In this document: positions 54,794 to 62,804 of the stretch, in pieces | How the letters are laid out: every line of letters starts with the position of its first letter | Numbering within the stretch: the first letter of the stretch is position 1 | IMG/VR virus record: IMGVR_UViG_3300035338_000016 | Span: 14,784-78,783 of that record | Source of the DNA: a virus | DNA length: 64,000 nt | Strand: one strand, 5' to 3' | Position numbers and translations under genes: made by a program | Notes under the pieces: generated by a model | Databases searched by the model: none | Told to the model about the DNA's origin: nothing | The model's input: only the letters and a program-made list of their open reading frames with translations

Positions 54794-55231
54794 TCATTCC
54801 ATAATATCCTTATAAGCTTCTACAATTGAGCAACTACAATCCTCCATTCTTTCTTTGCACTCTTCCACCATATCTAATACAAACTGATTTTCTTCATCCT
54901 CTGTAATGTCTCTTTTGTGCTCTGCTTCAAAGTCCATGATTAATTGATCTAAATAACTATCCTTAATCATTAGACTTCTTACTATTGTAAAATCTGTCGA
55001 CATTTTAAATCCTCCTTTTTAAATTGCGGCAATGAAAACCGCCTTTTATTTGCTTCTTTTATTTAATTCTCTTTCAATTTCTTCTCTTGTTTCTTTATTA
55101 AGTGTTACAAGAAAACCTTCTTTGTCATATACACCGTCTTTATATGGTGTAATATCTGTTATTCCAGATACTAACAATTCAAGGATTTCTCCTGTTTCTT
55201 CGTTAACTTTATACACGTTATATTTTGCCAT
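54794..55231 (-). other. Two small hypothetical CDS (54794-55003; 55046-55231)
   Basis: SD-anchored ATGs. Confidence 0.65.
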
Positions 55232-55445
55232 GCTAAACCCTCCCTGTTGAAATATTGATTTCCAAGTTTCTATTTTATTTCCTACACATGCAACCAAAGT
55301 GAAATATTATGTCTTTGTGACCGTTCACAATGTATAGTGATTCTTATTGCTTCTCTGTTTAAGTGTCTATACTAATGCAATGACCAGAGATTATAAAAAT
55401 TGTTCAACTGTTGGGCGTTTCGTTTTGGTCGCATGAATTGAAAAT

Positions 55446-55770
55446 AAAAAAGCATACCATTGTTAATTGATATGCTTCAAAGTTGTTACTATTTAATTTT
55501 TTACTAACCATTGATAAGCGGACAAGTCAACGCTTAAAGTGGTTTACAGTATTCTCTTTTTACGATTCTTGAACAGAATCAACAAGCTAGGAGTTTCACC
55601 CTCTTGTATGCCACCGTAACGACATAACCATATTTTTAGTAAGGCTGTATATTGGTAACAGCTATCCTTATAATGAAAAGGTTATTTGATATTCAATTGA
55701 CACCTACCACTCGTTAGAATGGTAACGCTTGCACCCTAAGTCCTATTTATAGTCGGTGCAACGACTTTGT
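55446..55770 (-). ncRNA. Putative structured RNA (six or more hairpins) ending in an intrinsic terminator
   Basis: Stems at 55729-61, 55705-24, 55629-85, 55587-608, 55565-81 and 55505-46; terminator at 55446-77. Confidence 0.5.
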
Positions 55771-55772
55771 GA

Positions 55773-55928
55773 TTATTCACAGTGGTAAGTATTTGTTTGA
55801 CCAAAAATTGTGGTAGATACCGTATGAGGATTGTCGATAGAAACTTGAATGTTGTATGTGATGTAAAAATAAGAGCCAATACATCCTATAATGAAAGAAA
55901 GTAATGCAGTGATGAATAATTTTGTCAT
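55773..55928 (-). CDS. 51-aa single-TM peptide, first gene of the leftward operon
   Basis: AAGGAG SD before ATG 55928; the tracked longer ORF runs through the promoter. Confidence 0.7.
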   Translation of the reverse strand: MTKLFITALLSFIIGCIGSYFYITYNIQVSIDNPHTVSTTIFGQTNTYHCE

Positions 55929-56064
55929 TGTAAACACTCCTTTATATTGTCTGATTTGATATTCTACTTTTAGATGAAAATTTGCTACCACTTTGTAACG
56001 CTTGACAAAATCTTGTGTTGTGTGGTAAACTGTAATACTAAGTTGCTGTCTTAACCACAAACTA

Positions 56065-56199
56065 AGTATACCATAGGTTAACCAATATATCAATAGGTTA
56101 ACCAACATTTTATCACTTTTAGCATTATGCATAATTAATATTGATTAATAGGTTAACCGATTGTTTATTTGTTACAAAAGTATAATATTTGGGTTAACC
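56065..56199. promoter_or_regulatory. Leftward promoter with four GGTTAACC operators
   Basis: TTGATA (56088-93)-17-TG-TATACT (56065-70); GGTTAACC at 56076, 56096, 56151, 56192. Confidence 0.8.
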
Positions 56200-56243
56200 T
56201 ACATATAATAGAATATGGTTTTAATATGAAAGGGGTTGTAATT

Positions 56244-56456
56244 ATGGCGATGACAGAAGCGCAGAAAGAAGCCGACAAGAGATATAGGGAAAAGAATAAA
56301 CCTTTGACCTTTGCTATTGCATATAAAGCGATTGATATTGTAGATGGATTTAGACTAAAGAAATACTTAGAGCAAACTGGACAAAGTGCAAATAGCTATA
56401 TTAAAGAATTGATTAAGCAAGATTTAGATAGAAAAGAGTTTGATATAAATGATTAG
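56244..56456 (+). CDS. Ribbon-helix-helix-like regulator
   Basis: MTEAQKEADKRYREKN...GQSANSYIKELIKQDL. Confidence 0.7.
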   Translation: MAMTEAQKEADKRYREKNKPLTFAIAYKAIDIVDGFRLKKYLEQTGQSANSYIKELIKQDLDRKEFDIND

Positions 56457-56679
56457 ATACAAAGGGGACATTTTAGGAAGATTGAAAGATAAAGGATATT
56501 CCACATATAAAATCAAAGAAGAAAAGATATTCAATCAATCACAAGTGCAACAAATAAGGGATGATAAACTATTGACCCAAGATGCATTAAATAAGTTGTG
56601 TAGATTGTTAGACTGTCAACCGGGAGACTTAATGGAATATATACCAGACATTGAGCAAATGGAGAATGAAGTGGAATAG
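56449..56679 (+). CDS. Cro/C1-type HTH (HTH_26/YozG-like) regulator
   Basis: LKDKGYSTYKI...LNKLCRLLDCQPGDLMEY. Confidence 0.85.
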   Translation: MIRYKGDILGRLKDKGYSTYKIKEEKIFNQSQVQQIRDDKLLTQDALNKLCRLLDCQPGDLMEYIPDIEQMENEVE

Positions 56680-58010
56680 ATTATATATAATAGGTAGAAA
56701 CCTATTGAATAAGTGTCTATTGCAACGGGATAAATGGCAGAATATGAGCGTATGACGTATGTTTGTTTGGTGGATGATAAATTGTATAGGTGGAATAGAA
56801 TTGAATGGAATAGGCTTGAATTATGCTTATTTTGCGTAGTGGAATGAGTGAAGCAAGATAGATAAAGTGGGAAATAGTTAGGTTTGGTAAAGTGTATTAA
56901 TATAATAGTACAGTTGTGAAGCATATTACACTTTATATGGATAATTAGATTTGTAATGGTTTCGATTTGATAGTTAGTATAAATAATATACTTAGTATCT
57001 TTTTGATACTATTGGATTTTACTGTATTATTTGAGTAGTACACTTTTCGAACTTGTCAGCCAGACATAAAAAATAAGTGTAGGTAATATTCTACACTTTA
57101 CCACATTTTCACCCTGTCAGCTATCCAATTATTACCATTAAATAGGAGCATATCTTTGCCATGTCGGTTATAAAAATAATCATTATATAACTCCCCATCC
57201 CTTGTTTTATATGGCGTAGGGGGCATAGTTTACATTTTGAAATTTGAAGTTGACAATGAAATACCGGCTATCTATTCCATTCACGCATCGACTTCAAATT
57301 TTAACTTTATAGAAAATCACCCTCTCAAATCCCAAAATGAGTTCGATAAACACTTCGTACAAACCCTTTATTCACCTACATTCTTCCCCTATTCGCCCTC
57401 TCAAATTTCTCCCAAAATCACTCATTTTTACCCTTTCATCTCCCTCAAACCTATATAAAATAAGCCTTCCTACGAACTCACCTAATATTTTCAAATTTTC
57501 ACTCCTCGCCCTCACCAAATCCACAATCCCTAACCACTCACAAACCCTTATTTTTCCTATATAAATAACATCTGAAATTTCAAATTTTATCCCTTTTCTC
57601 GAACTTACTTTTCGCATATAAAATATATTATTAAACACAAAAAATAAAATCGTGTCAATCAACCATCAATCAAGTATATTTTAAGCACATACCATTTAAT
57701 TGATAGAATTAATCAACACGATTTCGGTTATAATAATATAAAAATCAGAGATAAATTCACACTAAATTTGCAAATTTCATATAAAAACACCCGACTCAAT
57801 TTTACTATCTTTTCGACAAATTTTCTCATAATCTAAAATCCAAAAATCTTGTTTTGCGTTTGATTTTGTTTTGTTTACTGCTCTGAACTGACACTGGACA
57901 CACACGCTGCGCATTTGATTTAAAAAAATAAAAAAGAAGCCGAAAAACACCAATAGGATTTAAAAAACAAAAATAAACACTTAAATATAAACAATATAAT
58001 CATCATAGAC

Positions 58011-58065
58011 TTGCAGACAGTTTGCAAAGTAACGGCAAACAAATGGCAAAGTTATGGCAATACAT
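58011..58065. repeat. Five phased 11-bp degenerate direct repeats
   Basis: TTGCAGACAGT TTGCAAAGTAA CGGCAAACAAA TGGCAAAGTTA TGGCAATACAT. Confidence 0.6.
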
Positions 58066-58600
58066 ATTTCAATTTAGACAACTCAGTATCCACTACAAAA
58101 CTCTTTAGTTTAATTTCCTTAACCTTGATATTTCCTTTGCTTGATACAATAAACAATTTAGGCTCAAAAGGGAACTTTTTGCAGAAATTTGTATCAGAGT
58201 ATTTAGCATAATCAAATCCCTTATTTGAAATTTCAACTTCTAAAATACCCAAATACTCTTTACCATTAATTATATATCCAAATATCGCATCAGGTTTTTT
58301 ACCATTAATATTAGGTTCTTTATTAAAGAAAACTACTGATGACGTATACCTATGTAACTCTCTATAAAAATCAGTAACCAATAAGCTATGTCTCAATTGT
58401 GCAGGTTTCTTAATAAAATAAACATATTGATTTGTAATAGAATCTCTGGATCTCTTGACTAATTTTTTATCAACTAATGATTTGAGTCTATATCTTGCAG
58501 TTCTAGGATTATTATAGAATAGTTCTGTAAGTGTATCTGTACTTGCCACTTTATAAACATTGATAAACTCAATCACATCATAATCAATCTCTTTTATCAT
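58052..58600 (-). CDS. Replication-relaxation family protein
   Basis: N-terminal wHTH (ARYRLKSLVD), LRHSLLVTDFY, KPDAIF...LEVE nuclease-like motif; coupled to FtsK. Confidence 0.75.
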   Translation of the reverse strand: MIKEIDYDVIEFINVYKVASTDTLTELFYNNPRTARYRLKSLVDKKLVKRSRDSITNQYVYFIKKPAQLRHSLLVTDFYRELHRYTSSVVFFNKEPNINGKKPDAIFGYIINGKEYLGILEVEISNKGFDYAKYSDTNFCKKFPFEPKLFIVSSKGNIKVKEIKLKSFVVDTELSKLKYVLP

Positions 58601-59829
58601 AGAAACATACCTCCTACATCTTCTAAAGACATATTTGGTTTAATAGTTTCTTTTGTTTTGTCAATATAGGTATGTTTTATTAACTCTCTACACTCTTCTA
58701 CGCTAAGATAAGGACATTGCATTTCAATCTCTCCACTACGTTTAAACAATCCATGACCTTTTCCCTTAAGATTTTCAAGTCCATTGTGATCAATAATAAT
58801 TCTACTATTAATATCATTCATCGTTTTTAATCCTAACACACTAGAAACATTGGCTTTAATACGCCCATTCAGAACTTTAGCATCTGGACGTTGAGTGGAA
58901 ATAATTAAATGAATACCACAAGCTCTTGCTTTGGCAGCAATAGTTTCAATGATGCTTATGCTCCCCTTTTCATCCTGTAAATCTGCAAACTCATCAATTA
59001 CAATGACCTGAAAATTTAATTTTTTACCTTTAAACTTTTTATTATATTCCTTAATATCGGCTACATCGTTTTCAAAGAACAGGTCATATCGTCTATCTAT
59101 CTCTGTATTAATTTCGTTTAATATACTTTCAGCCTCGTTCTTAGTACGAGAGAAACTTTGAACTTTACTACACTTAGCAAACACATTAAACTCAGCACCA
59201 CGTTTCAAATCAATTAGGTGAAGAGCAGTATCACTATGCAATATTAAATTTGTAATAATACTTCTTAATACAGTTGATTTGCCACTACCAGTTTCGCCTG
59301 CAATTAACAAATGGGGTTCACCATCAGCTAAATCAGCCGATATTAAATTACTTTTACGGTCGTATCCAATTAATAAAGGTACATTACCTTTTATCACAGT
59401 TGGTTGATAATCATGTGCATTTGATGTACGTTGCTCAAACACCTCTATTTGGATTTCTTTATATGTATATTTAATCTCAATTTCTCTGCCCAAATATTGT
59501 TCAATAACCTTTCTTTTCTTATCAAAATCTTGTACTGATAAGCCACATGGTAGTGTAAATGTGTAAATTGTACTAATATCAGTTTTTTGACTTCCCTTTT
59601 TAATAGGATAAGATGAACCTACACATAAACCAGTATTTTTCCATATCTTATCAAATTTACTCCATGTAAATGCCGTATATACTATACCTATTGTTCCAAT
59701 AGATGCTATACCAAAGCCATAAACAGCATAAGCAGGATACAATGCTGTTGAAGCAACACCACCAATGATTGCAATAAGTCCTGTTTCAATAAGACTTGAT
59801 TTTCTGTCAGAATTTGCGTTATATTTCAT
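58597..59829 (-). CDS. FtsK/SpoIIIE-family ATPase with N-terminal TM helices
   Basis: PHLLIAGETGSGKS, LIDLKRGAEF, IVIDEFADL, ARACGIHLIISTQRPD. Confidence 0.92.
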   Translation of the reverse strand: MKYNANSDRKSSLIETGLIAIIGGVASTALYPAYAVYGFGIASIGTIGIVYTAFTWSKFDKIWKNTGLCVGSSYPIKKGSQKTDISTIYTFTLPCGLSVQDFDKKRKVIEQYLGREIEIKYTYKEIQIEVFEQRTSNAHDYQPTVIKGNVPLLIGYDRKSNLISADLADGEPHLLIAGETGSGKSTVLRSIITNLILHSDTALHLIDLKRGAEFNVFAKCSKVQSFSRTKNEAESILNEINTEIDRRYDLFFENDVADIKEYNKKFKGKKLNFQVIVIDEFADLQDEKGSISIIETIAAKARACGIHLIISTQRPDAKVLNGRIKANVSSVLGLKTMNDINSRIIIDHNGLENLKGKGHGLFKRSGEIEMQCPYLSVEECRELIKHTYIDKTKETIKPNMSLEDVGGMFL

Positions 59830-59915
59830 ATAATATCACTCCTTTTCGACAAAGAAATTAGAGTGACCAAGCTATAATATAGGCAATCGGTCACTTGTGG
59901 CTGATGATTTAAGGG

Positions 59916-59953
59916 GGCAGCTTTTACACTTTGCGGGTGGAGCTGCCTTTTTT
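59916..59953 (+). terminator. Plus-strand terminator antisense to the FtsK operon
   Basis: GGCAGCT...AGCTGCC followed by TTTTTT. Confidence 0.55.
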
Positions 59954-60167
59954 ATTGCTTATAATAAGCTTTAAGAATATCTTTTATCCAAGCTGATGGA
60001 GATGAGTGTTCACATAGCTTCTCATAAATCCACATTTCATCATCTTTAAACGATATAGAAATTCTTGTTTGTTTTTTCCTTTCTGGTAGTTTAGTTTCAA
60101 CTGTTTTTATTGGATTAAACATTTGATTTTGCCTCTGAAAATTCATTTGACTATTTCGATTTATCAT
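59952..60167 (-). CDS. Small RHH-like DNA-binding protein
   Basis: TRISISFKDDEMWIYEKL...SPSAWIKDIL; SD-anchored ATG at 60167. Confidence 0.6.
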   Translation of the reverse strand: MINRNSQMNFQRQNQMFNPIKTVETKLPERKKQTRISISFKDDEMWIYEKLCEHSSPSAWIKDILKAYYKQ

Positions 60168-60438
60168 ATAATCACCCTCCAATTGTGTTTTGCAACTTAT
60201 AGTGAAAATATATGTAAGCAAATAAAACATTAGAATATGTCCACAAATTAAATGTGAAATATTATAGAAGACATTTGTGAAAACGAGTGTCTTATTTTTG
60301 TGCAGAAAATTATTTTGAATAGAGAAATAGATATTAGCATCATTTGAAGTTTATTTTGATGTGAAAACTTTTCAAATGTAGAAATGAAATATTGGAAGTG
60401 AAAAAATCAAACTATAAAACTTAAAGGAGAGATTTATT

Positions 60439-61272
60439 ATGACAAACATTATGACAACGACAAGCAAATCAGAAACACTTACCTCTATTGAAGTAGCTCA
60501 AATGGTAGGAAAAGAACATAAGGATTTATTGAGAGATATTCGCAGATATGTTAAACAACTTAACCAGACCAATCTTGCACTCGTTAAATTAGGACAGAGC
60601 AAAATTGCGCCCTCCGATTTCTTCACAGAGAGTACATATGTCACAGAGCAAAATAAAACAATTCCATGTTATCAAGTTACTCGTAAAGGATGTGAATTTA
60701 TTGCAAATAAACTTACTGGACAGAAAGGGACTGAGTTTACAGCTAGATTTGTAAATAGATTTCATGAGTTAGAAGAAATGAATACTACAAATATATTATT
60801 GCAATCTTTAGCAACATTATCTGAATCAATGGTTGCATTGAAAAATGACATGGACAACAGATTATCCAATCTTGAATCCAAAAATGAAATGCAAGAAACA
60901 AAAAAAATACCATCTGAAACATTACATAAGAAGCCATTCAATCCTTGGTTTGCCAGAATGTCACCAAAATATACGTTATTAGAAGAATACTTTGACATAA
61001 CAAGAGGACAACTATATAGAAACATCCTATTGGAACTCGAAAATCTATATGACTTAGACACACAACAAATCCAAGCAGACTATTGTTATGAAAATAACCT
61101 CACTTCCTGCTATCCCCTTGATCCATATCAATTTAATAAAAGATATAGAGATGCAATTGAATTGTTGGTGAATGATACTCTAACTAAATATGGAATAGTA
61201 TCAGAGGATAACCCTATTGCAACGAGAAGACATCAAACTATATTTGATAAGCCTGTCATGAAATGTATTTGA
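60439..61272 (+). CDS. rha: Rha family phage regulatory protein
   Basis: LTSIEVAQMVGKEHKDLLRDIR...CYQVTRKGCEFIANKLTGQKG..FTARFVNRFHE. Confidence 0.92.
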   Translation: MTNIMTTTSKSETLTSIEVAQMVGKEHKDLLRDIRRYVKQLNQTNLALVKLGQSKIAPSDFFTESTYVTEQNKTIPCYQVTRKGCEFIANKLTGQKGTEFTARFVNRFHELEEMNTTNILLQSLATLSESMVALKNDMDNRLSNLESKNEMQETKKIPSETLHKKPFNPWFARMSPKYTLLEEYFDITRGQLYRNILLELENLYDLDTQQIQADYCYENNLTSCYPLDPYQFNKRYRDAIELLVNDTLTKYGIVSEDNPIATRRHQTIFDKPVMKCI

Positions 61273-61323
61273 AAAGAGAATTAAAAAATAGAAACAGAAA
61301 ATTACTTAAAGGAGAATAAATAC

Positions 61324-61551
61324 ATGATGAAAGATTTTGTAGATGTAGTGTTCAAAGCGCAAGTTGCATTTTATCTAAAGAATGGAATTAAACCTATAGA
61401 TGTTTATTTAGGCAGAAATGAAACTATTGTATTTAGATTCGATAAGAAAGAAAGCTCTCAATATTATATCCAATGGATGAAAAATAGAACAAAGAAAGAG
61501 GATAAATGTACAGATGATAATCACCTCCGAAAGGAGTGGTTAAAATTATGA
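61324..61551 (+). CDS. Small hypothetical protein (DUF5659-like)
   Basis: QVAFYLKNGIKPIDV...IVFRF. Confidence 0.55.
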   Translation: MMKDFVDVVFKAQVAFYLKNGIKPIDVYLGRNETIVFRFDKKESSQYYIQWMKNRTKKEDKCTDDNHLRKEWLKL

Positions 61552-61656
61552 TTAATACTTATCTAATGATTAATACTTATTTAAATAGCAAATCCAACAA
61601 AAAAATGTTGGAATCGCTATAAGCTACTTAAGTACAGATAACAAAAAAATGTTGGA
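61548..61656. repeat. Iteron-like direct and inverted repeats
   Basis: ATGATTAATACTTAT twice (61548, 61566); AACAAAAAAATGTTGGA twice; TCCAACA-N6-TGTTGGA at 61593-61612. Confidence 0.65.
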
Positions 61657-61701
61657 TTTACTATAATGGGGAATTTTACTGGGTTTAAGCGAGGTTAAAA
61701 T

Positions 61702-62661
61702 ATGGATATATTTTTAAGAAAAAATGTAGTAGAAAATAAAAATCTTACCAATGATGGTTTAACTGTTTATGTGGCATTGAAAAAGTTAATGAACAAAGAA
61801 GAGAAGGAATATTACATATCACATAACATGATAGCTTTTACTTTGTTTGGAAATACGGATTTTAATAGGTATTTTCTCAACCATATTAAATATGGATTAC
61901 AGAATTTGATTGATATGGAACTAGTAAAAGTTAATGTTGCTATTGGTAAAAATGAATTTGTATTGGATTTGAGCAAATTATTCTTTGAGATTGATAATGT
62001 AGATGAAACAAAAAATTATTTTATAAAGATTTATTCAAATGAAGTCCATAAGATAATGCAGAGCAACAAGGATAAATTTAATTTGCTTAAATGTTTCATT
62101 CACACTATCAGCTCAATTGATTATGGTGCAAAAGTTTACGTTGATATTTCTTATAAAAATGTAGAAGTAGGTTATATGACTCAAGAATATTTAGGTTCAT
62201 TGTGTGGACTTAATCAGGTTGATTATTACAAATACAGTGTAGAACTTGAAAATTTAGGTGTTCTTTACATAAGAAGAAATGAAGATTTTTATCTCGATGG
62301 TGATACACCTAAAAGATTGGCTAATTGTTATGGTAGACCATGCGATAAAAATTTAATTAATCTATATTCCACCAAATATTCTGAAATGAAAGATAGTGTT
62401 GATTTCAAATGCAACAAAGAAATGACAACAAAGAAAGCTAATTATAAGAAATCATTGGCTATGAAATTCAATGAGATGTTAAAAGGCAAAGATTATTCAA
62501 AAGAAGAAATATTAGACATCTACAATTATGTATTGACCGAAAATAAAAAATACACTGCCCTATATAACAAGCATGAAGATGAAAATTATTTAGAGAAGAT
62601 AAGAGATGTAGAAGTATTTAGGAAATATGACTTTATCGAAATTGAGGAGGACAATTCATGA
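61702..62661 (+). CDS. Putative replication initiator (tandem winged-helix-like)
   Basis: Two wHTH-like segments (KYGLQNLIDMELV; YLGSLCGL...ELENLGVL); preceded by repeats. Confidence 0.45.
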   Translation: MDIFLRKNVVENKNLTNDGLTVYVALKKLMNKEEKEYYISHNMIAFTLFGNTDFNRYFLNHIKYGLQNLIDMELVKVNVAIGKNEFVLDLSKLFFEIDNVDETKNYFIKIYSNEVHKIMQSNKDKFNLLKCFIHTISSIDYGAKVYVDISYKNVEVGYMTQEYLGSLCGLNQVDYYKYSVELENLGVLYIRRNEDFYLDGDTPKRLANCYGRPCDKNLINLYSTKYSEMKDSVDFKCNKEMTTKKANYKKSLAMKFNEMLKGKDYSKEEILDIYNYVLTENKKYTALYNKHEDENYLEKIRDVEVFRKYDFIEIEEDNS

Positions 62662-62804
62662 CGCCGAAAAACAAATCTAAAAAGTAGAAATAATTATTGT
62701 AACAACTGATCACTAACAAACGCATTAACCTGTTATGACCAATATAAAAGGAGAGATGCCAATGACAAAACAAACTTATATGAAACCAAAGGAGAATAAC
62801 AATT

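Larger units (their letters stand above)
1536..55049. repeat. Dispersed 18-bp inverted-arm junction motif WTRAAW-N6-WTTYAW (over 30 copies)
   Basis: Strict copies start at 1536, 2647, 4234, 5191, 7309, 23345, 26117, 28711, 32467, 32692, 39332, 44774, 46854, 47174, 54093, 55032; near-matches are listed in the findings. Confidence 0.85.

Noticed and set aside
1162-55250. Numerous 60-140 aa plus-strand ORFs in the track within the leftward region
   Set aside because: Antisense shadows of minus-strand genes, with no SD and low-complexity L/S/F/I composition; only 39121-39279 is supported
55929-56132. N-terminal extension of the tracked 119-aa ORF
   Set aside because: Runs through the promoter and operators; the SD supports ATG 55928
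56616-57662. Tracked ORFs in the skewed intergenic region
   Set aside because: Composition mirrors the nucleotide skew; no SD and no recognisable motifs
58022-58060. c-di-GMP-I riboswitch (GGCAAA...GCAAAG words)
   Set aside because: No intervening GNRA hairpin or P2 stem; better explained as 11-bp repeats
59901-59950. Hammerhead ribozyme core CUGAUGA
   Set aside because: No stem II followed by GAAA and no NUH cleavage triplet geometry
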